From: Chiloscyllium plagiosum
Lineage: Eukaryota
Direction of reading: 5' to 3'
Assembly (NCBI RefSeq): GCF_004010195.1
Contig: NC_057753.1
Coordinates: 1,514,023-1,578,022 of the forward strand
DNA length: 64,000 bases
Position numbers and translations under genes: made by a program. The notes under the pieces are model-generated. The model was not told the DNA's origin, searched no databases, and saw nothing but the letters and a program-made list of their open reading frames with translations. Of the stretch, positions 1 through 11,940 are shown piece by piece (the first letter of the stretch is position 1; each line of letters starts with the position of its first letter).

Positions 1-318
1 GTGTGTGTGTTCTCAGTGACAGTGCACTGTTTCAGCAGTTCCTAGTGTGCGTGTTCTCAGTGACAGTGCACTGTTTCAGCAGTTCCTAGTGTGCGTGTTC
101 TCAGTGACAGTGCACTGTTTCAGCAGTTCCTAGTGTGCGTGTTCTCAGTGACAGTGCACTGTTTCAGCAGTTCCTAGTGTGCGTGTTCTCAGTGACAGTG
201 CACTGTTTCAGCAGTTCCTAGTGTGCGTGTTCTCAGTGACAGTGCACTGTTTCAGCAGTTCCGAGTTGTGTGAGTGTGTTCTCAGTAACAGTGCACTATT
301 TCAGCAGTTCCGAGATAT
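1..318. repeat. 44-bp minisatellite, ~7 copies (last degenerate), runs off the window start
   Basis: Unit gtgtgcgtgttctcagtgacagtgcactgtttcagcagttccta starts at 1, 45, 89, 133, 177 and 221, with a degenerate copy to ~315; no spacers. Confidence 0.95.
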
Positions 319-328
319 GTGTGTGTGT

Positions 329-910
329 GTTGCAGTTGTATAAGACTCTGGTGCGGCCGCATCTGGAATATTGTGTGCAGTTTTGGTCGCCATACTATTG
401 GAAGGATGTGGAGGCACTGGAACGGGTGCAGAGGAGGTTTACCAGGATGTTGCCTGGTATGGAAGGAAGATCGTATGAGGAAAGACTGAGACACTTGGGG
501 CTGTTTTCATTAGAGAAAAGAAGGTTTAGGGGTGACTTGATTGAGGTGTACAAGATGATTAGGGGGTTAGATAGGGTTGACAGTGTGAACCTTTTCCCGC
601 GTATGGAGTCGGGTATTACAAGGGGGCATAGTTTTAAATTAAGGGGGGGTAGATATAGGATTGAAGTTAGGGGTAGGTTCTTCACTCAGCGAGTCGTAAG
701 TTCATGGAATGCCCTGCCAGTAGCAGTGGTGGACTCTCCCTCTTTATGGGCATTTAAACGGGCATTGGATAGGTATATGGAGGATAGTGGGTTAGTATAG
801 GTTAGGTGGGCTTGGATCGGCGCAACATCGAGGGCCAAAGGGCCTGTACTGCGCTGTATTCTTCTATGTATCTATGTATCTATGTATCTATGTACCTATG
901 TACCTATGAC
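329..910 (+). mobile_element. CR1-clade (HER1-like) LINE, 5'-truncated 3' end with 8-bp repeat tail
   Basis: Translates as LQLYKTLVRPHLEYCVQFWSP...RGDLIEVYK...FFTQRVV..WN.LP (typical CR1 ORF2 C-terminus), then a 3' UTR and a (TATCTATG)n-type tail at ~864-908. Confidence 0.93.
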
Positions 911-2202
911 CTGTGCAGCTGGACTGCCCCTCCAACCTCCAGCTTTCATGAGCTTTGCACCTCATTACACATTTCTGCTCCAATTACAGGCGTTGATAGG
1001 CTCGCCAAAACTTCTGTTCAATCTCCTACCTTTCTCTGATTGGGTGTCACAATGATCGAATTTTCTTAAAAAGTCCATTGGTTTCAGTGATGAATTTGCA
1101 TTCTGCCATGTGCTAGACTGTTGCAGATCAGTTGTAATAATAGGGTGACTTTTTAAATCCTGCTGGTTGATCTTTGGTCACTTTGATTGTCATATTGATT
1201 GTCATAACCTATGATCCCCTGCACTTTTGGAATCACATCGTTATAATTAATCTGAAGAGTCTCTTCCGATTGGCTTAATCAGTTGAAAATTAAGCGTAAA
1301 TGGCTTTCCTACAAAACGTTGCATCGCTCATGTAGTAAACGTCCATGTGCGCAACAGACTATGAAGTCTTAGAGGAGACACCTGCAGATCTCTGAAAGAC
1401 GTCAGAAGCAATTAAAAAAAAGCATCACTGTTGTGAACTTAACCACAATCTGGTCAACTGTTCATGATGTCTTCCTCCAGGTATCAGCAGATTTGAGTAC
1501 AAAGATTCAAGTAAGTCTGAGCCTCCTGAGACAGAGTTTGCTGAGACATATCCAGAAAGCTGATCCTCAATCATGTATATTATACTGGGGCATATTACCT
1601 TCAGTAAGTTCGAGCTGTGTTCTTATCCCTCCTTGGTGAGCAATGATGCTAGTAATTTTGATGTCAGTGTTGCTCAACTAGTTCTTAATCAGAAGTCCAC
1701 ACGAGAACTGCAGGAGGGGCTCCCATGCCTCCGAGAAGTACAGGCAAAGTAAAACAAAGTTCCAAAATGACACTGGAGATTTTAAAGTAAGCTCTAAAGC
1801 AATTAAATTAACCCACTGAACAAGACCTGTGAGCAAAATCTATGAACTTGTTTCAATATTTCGAAGGCTTTCTCATCTGAATTCCAAACCCCCTTGATGC
1901 TTGTATAGCGCATCCCCGTGGTGACCCTGGTGAGTTTCAGATACACCTGGACTAAAGCAGTTTGACCCAGAATGCAGTTTATTGGTTCAGTTGATTGCGC
2001 TTTGTCATCCCAATTCAAATATGCCGGCACTATTCGACTAGCAACCCTTAAAACATACATTCGTTAATGATTTTGTCAGAAGGTCGACAAGCTGCAACTT
2101 TACCTTCCTGAACTCCTAACACATACCATTCTATTATCTACTATTATAAATTGTTGTCTCCACATTTATAATGAAACTGACCTCGTTGACTTGTTTTTTT
2201 TT

Positions 2203-2503
2203 AGATTAGATTACTTACAGTGTGGAAACAGGCCCTTCGGCCCAACAAGTCCATACCGACCCTCCAAAGAGCAACCTACCCAGACCAATTCCTCTACATT
2301 TACCCCTTCACCTAACGCTATGCAATTTAGCATGAGCCAATTCACCTAACCTGCAGGTTTTTGGATTGTGGGAGGAAACCGGAGCAAACCCACGCAGACC
2401 CGGGGAGAATGTGCAAACTCCACACAGGCAGTTGCCTGAGGCAGGAATTGAACCCAGGTCTTTGGTGCTGTGAGGCAGCAGGGTGAACCACTGTGCCACC
2501 CAC
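2203..2503 (-). mobile_element. HE1-like tRNA-derived SINE
   Basis: On the minus strand: GGCACAGTGGTT A-box-like head, GGTTCAATTCC B box, core gtggagtttgcacattctccc, and CR1-like tail ...gggcctgtttccacactgtaagtaatctaatct. Confidence 0.88.
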
Positions 2504-3059
2504 ACTGCAAGTACACACTGCTTCCACTGGAGGCACTGCCAAACCTTAGTTTTCCTTCAAACAAAGACAGAATTTATCCAAAAAAGTGATCATTCTTCAA
2601 TAATAAGTTATACATTACCGAGCTCATCTGCTTGTGCAGCATAGAACATTAACTAAGACCATCGCTAATTAATTTGGTGATGTTGTACAGTTTTCACTGT
2701 ACTCTTGTACCCTTACTTGAGTACACATGACAATTAGTCCCATATCTAAATGCAGATATTTCTATAGAAGCATTGAAGTAATATTAAGTCAAAAATATGA
2801 CCATAAGGTCGGAATTAATGACTTTGAAACGTAATGAAATATATCTGCATTAAAGATGCAGTTATCCCCATTGGCTTCAACTGCAGACTGGAGTTGTTTT
2901 TTTACTCCAGGTATGCAATGATATATTAGCTTATAAAAACGCACAAATTTGCACTACAAGTAACATAAAAGGAACCGCTGAAGTCTGAGAAAGAAGAAAA
3001 GAACAGTCAGAGGAACAATGGGACCAATTTGGAACGAAAATAATTTGATGGAAACATTA

Positions 3060-3345
3060 GACATAACTCAGCAACTGGAGTAGCCTCAAAGCGTCAGGGG
3101 CCGAGCTTGCCTCCATCCTCTGATGCCTGCGTGGAGTTTGCATGTTCTCTCTGCATCTGCACGAGTTTCCTCTGGGTGCTCCCGTTCCCTCCAATCGTTT
3201 AAAATTGTGCAGGTCAGGTGGGTTAACCATCAGGAATGCAGGGTTAAAGGGATATTGAAGTGGGTCTGGTTGGGATGCTTTCCAGAGCGTTTGTGTGGAC
3301 CCGATGGACCGAATGCCATGCTTCCACAGTGTAGGAATTCTATGA
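3060..3345 (+). mobile_element. Degenerate HE1-like SINE
   Basis: Contains gcgtggagtttgcatgttctc...tgtgcaggtcaggtgg and a tail cttccacagtgtaggaattcta. Confidence 0.7.
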
Positions 3346-3689
3346 ATTGAATGAACACTCTGGCTCTGTGTTCGTGAATTAAAAATATTGGTAACTTTAT
3401 AATAAAGAAGTAGCTTCTAATACAGACAAATTGGATAATAACAAAGTATATAAGAAGAAATAAATGATTGGTACAGCTCGAAGTAGTCAGATAGGTACAG
3501 CTAGTTTGATGAGTAGAAGCAAGGATAGAAATATGAGAGTCGAGTTACAATCTTTCAACTCTCCTTCAATGCTGGTGTCTTGACAGATGATTGAAGCATT
3601 GAATACATCATACATTTGAAGATAAAATTAAGAAATAAAATAAGGAATCATGGGCCAATCTCCAAAATGCCACAATTGGGGGCGGAGGT

Positions 3690-4720
3690 TGGGGTTTTTG
3701 GAAGGGGCTTGGGATGGAAAACATGATCATGATAGAAATAATTTTCACTCAGAAAATCATGAGGTAATAAATGGCAGCTTACATGGCTTTGTTAAAGACA
3801 AAACCTGGCAAAATTTGATTGAGTTGATGAGTCAAATGAACAATGAAGGCACTCCTGTTTATATTATATATGTGGATTTAATAAGATGTCTCTTACCACT
3901 CTTACATTTAGCAAAATTGAAGCCCATTAGATTAACAAGTCCTGGCTGTCACAGTGTTGGTACAAAATTAGCTATGGGACAGAAAAGAGAAAATGATGGT
4001 GAAGGGATAATTTACAGATTGAAGGGACGTATGGTGTGGTGTCCTTTGGGTATTCAGATGCTCTTTTAATGTGGGTACAATTTCAAAGTTTGCAGGTGAC
4101 ACACACCGTACAAATATAGGAAACGGTGGGATAGATAATAGCAAACTTCGGAAGGACATAAACTGCAGAAATTTGCAGATATACAAAAAGTCTGAGAAGC
4201 ATGGAAATGCATTTTGGAAGGAAGACTGAGAACAGGTGATTTAAACTAAACGGTGCACTATGTATGCCTTAAATGCTATTACCTTAATAAAAACCGCACA
4301 AATTTTGAGAAATTTTTTTTTGTAATCATGTTGGTTCTTGGGTAATGTTGCAGAACAGGAGCTCAGGTGCATAATTCTTTGAAATTTGCCTTATAGGTCG
4401 ACAGGGTGGTTAAGAAGGCATTTGCCATGCTGGTATTCATTGCTCAGAATTTTGAGTATCGGAGTTGAGGCGTCATGTTGAGGTTTACAGGGGGTTGGTG
4501 AGTTGTCTTGTGGAATACTGTGTGTGGTTCTGGTCGCTTTCTTATAAGAAGAATACTATTAAACTGCAGAGGCTTCAGAAGAGATTTTTCAGGACGTTGC
4601 TAGGAATGAAGGGTTTGATTATAAAGAGAGGCTGGATTGGCGGGGACATTTTTCACGGTTGAGAGCTTTATAAAATCATGACGGGCATAGATAAGGTAAA
4701 TAGTGGATTTCTTTTCCCTA
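3690..4720 (+). mobile_element. Old degenerate CR1 LINE RT/C-terminal fragment(s)
   Basis: Relics HGFVKDK, VYIIYVD, VEYCVWFWS..YKK..IKLQRLQKRF.R with many stops and frameshifts. Confidence 0.75.
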
Positions 4721-5030
4721 CAGTCATCGAGTCATCTAGATTTAGAGCACAGAAACCGACCCTTTTGTACAACTCGTCCGTGCAGACCACATATCCAAAA
4801 TTAATCGAGTCTGATTTACCAGCATTTGGCCCATATCCCTCTAAAACCTTCCTATTCATATTCCCATCCAGATGTCTTTTAAATTATAATTGTACCACCC
4901 TCCACCACTTACTCTGGCAGCTGATTCCATGCACGGCACCACCCTCTCGTGAAATGATTGCCGTTAGGTCCCTTCTAAAGCTTTTCCCTCTCAACGTCAA
5001 CCTCTGCTCTCAGTTTTAGACTCTCCTGAT
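4720..5030 (-). mobile_element. CR1 LINE 3' end (antisense); paralogs ~23360-23660 and ~46740-47040
   Basis: Minus strand reads YMNRKVLEGYGPNAGK plus the CR1 3' UTR and tail. Confidence 0.8.
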
Positions 5031-6199
5031 CCGGGAAAAGGATCCTAAAGTATGGGAGTGCAAAGCAAGGGAGCAGATGTCAAAAGTGAGAATAGAAAGT
5101 TTTAAGAAGGACGAGGAGCAAATTTCGCTGGCAGAGAAATTGATTAGTGTGCTGTTAAGTTGAAATCCCACCAACCACCATGGTGGAACGTGACCGAGGA
5201 ACCCGAAAACATTACCTGGGTCTCTGTAGATTGCAACACCACTTAAGAATTTTTTCGCCCTCAGCCTGGTGCAACAACATGTCCGAGAAGTTCAGGCGAT
5301 TGACTGCTAATTTAGCATATTGTTCGCACGTTGGTTTAAATCGCACTTTCGTCACTATTTCCTTAAATGTATAACTCAATGTTATTGCGATGTGTTTGCG
5401 TAGCTTTTGAAAGAGCTAGAAGCTTCTTGTTGACCTATCACACTGGAGAGCGTGTTCTTTAGTGAAAAATCGAGCAAGGATTGGAAACCATGTTCTAAAC
5501 TTTAATGAAAAGTGGATTCAATTATAGTAATGAAAGGCAACAAGAATCTCTTTCTTTCCCTGTCTACCTTCTACGAGTGCGTTCTGCACAATCCAATGTA
5601 AGATCACCAAGAACGACCTCGAACTAGAGAGCAGAAGCAAAGGTTTATCATGTAGAATGTTTTTGGTTGGCTTTTTTCAAAGACTGGATGAGTGAGAAAT
5701 AGAATCCACCGAGGCTGCACATCCTTGGACTATGGAAAACGCCAGACCACCAGGAAACCCACACAGATATGGCGAGCACATGCAAACTTCACATAGGCAG
5801 TCTCCCTCGTAGGATTGAACCTGGGCCCCTGGCGCAAGAGAGCTAAGCACTGTGTCCCTTATCGCAGGTTTCATTCAACAGTGAGATCAGAGACTTTGCT
5901 ACTAATCACATCTCGGCTTGAAATATTTTCATTTTGACAGTTGTGATTGGCCTTAATCTATAGCTGGGACGTGCTGTGGATTTTGGCAATCGGTTTGCTG
6001 CATTTTATAACCTTCCTCCAAATGAAGTGCTTTTCTTCATGTTGTCCTCATGGTTTTGCGAGATTACAGTAAACAATGATTCATTTACACTTTTTGCATT
6101 TTAATTACAGTCCTCAATGTTCACAAGACAGTCTGCGCTTTATTGGGAGTGCAAACATAGATTTGGTCATTACTTTGTAGAACAACATAAAATTGAGTC

Positions 6200-6385
6200 T
6201 GAAAACTGGACCCTAAGCTTCTGGTCATTTATCATTTTGATTTTCTGCCACTCCCACTCTGACCTTGGTCTCGTGCAACATGCTCCAAGGAAACTGAATG
6301 GGAGCTCGAGGAACAGCAGCTTGTGTTTCAGTTCAACACTCTCCAAGCTTCCAGATTCAACACGGAGTTCAGCAGTTTCTGCATC
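6200..6385 (+). mobile_element. Ancient Penelope-like GIY-YIG endonuclease C-terminal remnant; paralogs ~24790-24965 and ~48235-48390
   Basis: Translates in pieces as HSHSDLGL...ELEEQQLVFQFNTLQASRFNTEFSSF, resembling the PLE end motif HSxxD...KLEEQHLIFRLGTLxPxGLNxEF. Confidence 0.6.
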
Positions 6386-6749
6386 ACGGGATTGTTGTGA
6401 GGATGGAGACCGCTTGCCCTGAAGAGAAGCTGGAACTTAACGCCATTAGATTGTGCCTGCTATGTTTAGATTATGCCTGCTCATCCGTTGTTTCCCACCC
6501 AATGGAAATAGCTCTTGTATCGCTCCCTCATCAGTTACCAATCAATCTCAAAATCCTTGATGAAAACTCCTAGTTCGCAGGTTGGCACAACATCGAGGGC
6601 GGAAGGCCTTGTTTTGCTTTGCAGTGTTCTATGTTCAGTGTTCTAAAACCACCACTTAATTTTTGAATTCCAGGCAATATCTCCCTCAACACATTGTGAT
6701 GTATTTTTAGCAGAAGGAATAGCGAGACAATGGTACAATTCTAAAGTGT

Positions 6750-7000
6750 ATGCAGGGATTAAGGACATGTTTGAGTGCACACATCTTTGAAGACAGTGGA
6801 TGTATTCGTCATAAGCAAAGCAAATTCGATCTCGAGCTTGATAGATATTGGTATTGTCAATTAACATGGGGCAAGTAATATTGTACATTTATAAAGCTTT
6901 CATTCGACCACGAGTCTTCTGTCCAATTCTGGTAATCACCTTTTGTGAAGGTTGTGAGTGTGCTCGGCAGCAGGCAGGGGAGTTTTCTCAGAATGGATTC
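6750..7000 (+). mobile_element. Ancient CR1 fragment; paralogs ~25250-25450 and ~48670-48900
   Basis: gtaatattgtacatttataaagctttcattcgaccac...gtccaattctgg corresponds to V.L.LYK.L.RP..EYCVQFW of CR1 ORF2. Confidence 0.6.
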
Positions 7001-7299
7001 AGCAAAGCAGGTTGAGAGATTTGACTGTGTCACAAATTGTACAACGTACTTAAATGAGGCAGAGAAATGCAAAGCATTCCCATGAACTGATTATGCAGAG
7101 ATTATGTATAGATTGACATTTTTCAGAAAGAAACAGTGGGGAGATGGGATAAGAACACTTTCACGTGGTGATGTTCTTGAACTTGCAGGCTCTGACGGTG
7201 TTTGCAAAAGGTCACAGTAATTGGTTTGAAAACGAACACCATTTGAGAGAAAGATCACGCCAAGATAGAACAGGTGAATGTGTGTGACCTGACTGCTGT

Positions 7300-7427
7300 A
7301 GTTAAAAATCACAGGACACCAGGTTATATGCCAACTGGTGCTTTTAAATGAAATGTTGAACTGTAACCTGGTGTAGTGTGATTTTTAACTTTGTCCTCCC
7401 CAGTCAAACACCAGCTCCTCCACATTC
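7300..7427. mobile_element. Old inverted Penelope-type terminal-repeat remnant, shared by all three units (also ~25755-25882, ~49225-49352)
   Basis: gttaaaaatcaca...accaggttata / taacctggtg..gtgatttttaac inverted arms; same family as 12811-13041 and 44790-44923, but without the ribozyme-like centre. Confidence 0.7.
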
Positions 7428-8386
7428 TTACTGTTGTAGATAGCAAGCATGAAGTCAATGGGTTGAATGGCTACTCTGTTCCGTAAGGACTCTCACTCTT
7501 TGGTATAACCTCTCCTTGTATTCTAAACCTTGGAATTCAATTGTCACTCATTCCAAGGCTATTGGATCATTTATTTTATTTGTCAGAATTGAATACAGCT
7601 CTGCAAGCATAATATCAGTATAGTTTGGTCATCTTGGTGCATTTCTATTCTCACTGATAGCTGAAAGAACAGATGAACCTTAATCCTTCAAATTTAGATG
7701 GTGATGACATTGAGGCCCTAATGAATCGAATGCCTTCTGATGTAATGTTTGATCTGAGTTTCCTGTGTGTTAAAGCTCTGCCGTCACTGTCCCACAAGTT
7801 TATGAAATCCATTAATGTCAGCCCCTCACAGAAATTCAGAAGAGACAAACATTTCTCCTGGTTTGCTTTTGCCGAGTAGGAATCCTCTCCGTCTAACACT
7901 TTGAAAAAAGATGTTCACATACTGTCTCCTTCTTGCAGGAAAATGTTGGAATGAATGTGAAGGAGCATCAGAGAGCCAGCATGGGCTGAAACCCAAGAGT
8001 TGTATTGAGGAATAGTAGGGTGCCCTTTCATAAGATTCAGTGTCACTGAGAACATTGGGAATCATGATAATGTCACTTTTTTTTAAACAATTCTCATATC
8101 CCAGATCATCAAAATATTTTGAGGTATGATTATTCACAAGATTGACGTGCTGAGACCAGACATAACTTGGTTTTCACCATATTTTCTTGCTTGAATCACT
8201 TTTTGCCCCTTTAATTCCACGTGTTTGTACGAGCAAGTGTTGGTTCATCTCCAGGGACTGCTGATCACCATACATAAGATAAAGCAGGAAAATTTCAAGA
8301 GCACAGTCTAATCGAGATGACATACATATGAACTTGAAAAATGATGGAAAATCTACATTGCTGAACTCAAATAGCATTTACTGTGA

Positions 8387-9297
8387 TCACGACTTAAATA
8401 ATTTAAACACTAGTGACAGGGGAAATTTGAACAATTTCTTCAGTTGCTGTCTGAATTTATTCTGGGTTCCTGCATAAATAAATGGGTTGATGCAGGAGCT
8501 CAAAAGCTGAAGCATAAACCCACCTTCCTCAAGAATAAAATTTGAATCATTGTAATTCGAACCTGAGAAATACCTGACGTTCAAAATTTGAACATTGAGG
8601 AAAGTCAGTAGAACCAACAAATAGGAGAGGAGGAAACTGCCCGAAATGGTGAAGAGTAAAACAATGGACTTCTTCCGTTTTTCCATCTCTGGATCACTCT
8701 GATTCTCTCCATTGCTCCTGGCCCGAAGTCTTTTGCGGGCTCTACTGGCCAATACAATGTGCCTGACAGTGAGGGCATTTAGCAGCAAAATCATAATAAA
8801 TGGAAGACAAGGATTTAAAATTGCTATTATCCAGTCAAATGCAACCCAACTGGGTGAAGTATAGTATATTGGTTTGGTATTGCAATACCAAGGTACATTG
8901 TTCATGATGAAGGAAGGATCATACGTAAAGTACAAGGGGATGTTTCTAATGCAGCTCAGAGTGCAGACAGTTGCTATAATCACAGCCGCAACCTTTTCAG
9001 TGCAATATTTTCTTTTCAGTTTCTGGCAACAAATGGCAATGTATCGATCCAAAGTGAAAGCGACAGTTACCCAGACAGAGGAATCTCTGACTCCATAAAG
9101 TAATGCAAGAGTGGCACTACAGACTGGGGTGATGGACAGGAATGTCATTGTGAAATAAATGCGCACAAGCCGGTTTAATATCACAGCTGTGATAATGACC
9201 AGGAGATCCGTCACTGCCATGGAAACCAGGTAATATGCAATGCATTTGGAAAGGCCACAACTCTCTCTTGACAGGATAACAATCACTGAAATGTTAG
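8387..9297 (-). CDS. GPR139/GPR142-like class A GPCR, copy 1, coding exon 2 (TM1 end to TM7 and C-tail)
   Basis: Open 911-nt exon after the acceptor ccctttttta-tag|CT; motifs YLVSMAVTDL (TM2), PVC (TM3 Cys), TLDRYIAIC, WYC (ECL2 Cys), LPF..ILLLNALT (TM5), SSCINPFIY (TM7); ends at TGA 8387-8389. Confidence 0.92.
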
Positions 9298-10834
9298 CTA
9301 TAAAAAAGGGATATAATGAGTGAATGCATGATATTGATCAATGTAGATGTAGCCAAAGGAAGGCACAAACTAACATTTTGAAATGCACAACTTCCTGGAA
9401 ACAATTACAAAACAGGAATGGGTCCATATTTTGCACTGAAACTGTTTCTATTTATCATCTGTAATTGGCAGCGAACTGTCAGTAGTGTGTAATATGGGCA
9501 ATATTATCAGTTTTGACATTTTCTCTTTACAATTCAGTCGCAGGAAATGCAGTCCATGCTGCCTTTGGAAAATTTGTACAGAGGAACAAAAGCAAAAGTA
9601 ATCCAAAGCATTGGTAGATTGGAAGAAGCAGCATTAGTATATGTTCACCAAGGAAATGGCCATAAAGAATCAGATGACATTGAATGTAAAGAAATCATAA
9701 GAGTTTCACATTGGTGCAGATAAATAGGAAGAGGTCACTCTAGGAGAAATGAATACTCATTTCAAAACAGAAGGAAACCCGAGATTGTACTTGGTGATGA
9801 TCTTAAACTAATCCAATATTGTTTAGTGACAGACCCTAAAGCAATAGAATAGATGAAGACCAGGTGTAGCTCTGTTGGCAATGTTCTCTCTTTTTATTCC
9901 AATGATTTTGGCTTCAAATCCGACTGCAAGACATCAGTACTGACTGAGTATTGCAGTGCTCAGGGTGTTGCGTTTGTGCCAACCCAATAAATGGAAGATG
10001 TGAGGAATAAGAGTCAAATAGAAAATCTAACTGAACTATTAAGAAGCTGCTGTTAGTATTCCATCAGATGCACTAAGCAGTGCCCCAAAGTAAAACTGAG
10101 CAACCTCATTACCTGTGCAGGCTGAAAAAAAACAATTTTGCAGTGTGATAAATAATTGACAGTTATAATGCTCAAAACACAATCGAAGTGCAATTAAATA
10201 GTCGTACCACTGAGATAATTCATGCAGATTAACGGCATTAGGAACACAACAATGCACCATTTCTGAGTTTTGATGCTAACAATAAACCATAGAAAGTAGG
10301 TTAGGCGGGAATTGATTCTGCTCAAAGAAAAGGATTTCATGATCAACGTAAACAAGTTATGCAATTGAAAATGACACTGTTAATGAAGAGAAAATAAGAT
10401 AGAAATTCATTGGACACATTTTGTTGGTGAAATGGAACTTTAATGCCCTTGAAAGGGCGGGAGATATTTTAACCCAACGAATGTAAAATAGCCATACCCC
10501 TATTGGACCGATTGGGCTGTTCTTTCAATGAAGAGAGAGACGACTCATAATGATTTAACCTGAAGGTCATTAGTCTAAAGGCAACAAAAAAGGCTGAGAA
10601 GGAGTCCTCCATGGTACACACAGCCAGTGCAGGTACTGAAGTGAAAACCCACGGTCCAGCCAACTGCGTTAACTGACTCTGTCAAAGTTGCGTATCCAAA
10701 TTGACAATTCCACAGATTATCACCAAAGTGCTGGACTAAATACCAAATAGACTATTAGTTTATTGGAACTGCAGTATTGATAACTGAGAGAATGTATTAA
10801 AAATCCTATTTAATAAATAAAGAATATCCTTTAC

Positions 10835-10904
10835 CTGGAACTCCAATAGTTGCTAGGATTGCATAGTAAATAACAAACACCAGCCCTTTCGGTAATCCAT
10901 GCAT
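10835..10904 (-). CDS. GPCR copy 1, coding exon 1 (MHGLPKGLVFVIYYAILATIGVP, phase-1 intron)
   Basis: ATG at 10904, 70 nt to the donor CCAG|GTAAAG; splices in frame to exon 2 giving GVP-ANISVIVIL and a 326-aa protein. Confidence 0.88.
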
Positions 10905-10955
10905 TTCTGTCTCAAGCTGCAGCAGTGGTTATCACTACAGTGATAGATAACCACA

Positions 10956-10961
10956 TTTATA
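10956..10961 (-). promoter_or_regulatory. Putative TATA box of GPCR copy 1
   Basis: TATAAA 52 bp upstream of the ATG, positionally conserved in copies 2 and 3. Confidence 0.55.
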
Positions 10962-11940
10962 CCTGATGCCAGGCTCCTGGGACACAATCAAATGCATTAG
11001 GTGTTTGCAATGATTACTCCAGTTGAAAGAATCAGATTAGAGATTCTTGTTCCGAGCTCATCTTCAATTTTGATGGATACAAATTTTATTCCTGGGCACT
11101 GATACTGCTCCAAAGCACTACAGGATGTAATCTCCCTAATGAAAAAAAAAGAAACAGGCTGTTACAAATGTGCAGGAGAACATTTTGCGTGAAATACCCT
11201 TGTCTGTGAAAAAGATATCTTTGACCTGAGGTAGTCTGTTTGATTGGAATATGCTGCCTTGTTTCCTCTCGTGATCATTATTCAGTCCATGCAATTAGTG
11301 ATTAGGGTACAAGGCGGGTTCAAGTACTTCTGAAAATCTATAAGTACACCAAAGCAACAGTCTATGCACGGATTATGGGCATGTCCGTTATATTTCACGA
11401 TGCGTTCAGAATGTCGGTTAGTTTTTGCAGTGCAGATTGGACCACGTGGGAATCGTTATTTTATATTCTGACACGTCAAGAACATCCTGATTGGATTGAA
11501 TTCAACATGAGCCGGTTCAAATCAGCAGTTATATCAGAACTGATATTTCCAGCTTTCTGCCTGTTCATTCATAGTGGGTAAAGTCTGTTCAGTGTGATTA
11601 TATTTAACATAAGTTGTTCCAGTGCATACTTTTGCAATCTGTCCGCATAGGGCCGTGTCATTTTAGCTATTCATTGAAGAGGTAGGGACTAGTCCAGTTT
11701 CATAAGGTTAACTTGAGCATAGACAGGCTCAATCAAAACGCTCCGATTGCAAAAGGACAGATCCATGTCTTCCGCAGGGTGCATTTAGACAGCGCTGAAA
11801 CATGCAGATGAGCACAATTCATCTCATTGTAGAAAGAAGCGTATCAAAAATTAATGTCTTTGTGAAATTTGGCTATTAGCACAGTGAAAGCAGCTAGTTG
11901 TGAATATTTACATTCAGTGATGAAAATTCCCATTACGTTC

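Noticed and set aside
1..318. CRISPR array or V(D)J recombination signal repeats
   Set aside because: Units are contiguous with no variable spacers, and the context is eukaryotic. gacagtg/cactgtt are not true CACAGTG heptamers and have no nonamer at 12/23 spacing.
270..800. 176-aa ORF as a host gene
   Set aside because: Chance fusion of minisatellite sequence to the CR1 ORF2 C-terminus.
5140..5680. Repeated short ORFs (also 23925-24260, 47419-47646)
   Set aside because: Recurrence is explained by the segmental duplication; there are stops and frameshifts in each copy and no recognisable domain.
7650..8380. Protein-like ORF fragments downstream of each receptor (also 26110-26850, 49580-50325), considered as a second gene or endogenous virus
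   Set aside because: Frames and stops differ between copies, and I recognise no motif; most simply the duplicated 3' UTR/flank.
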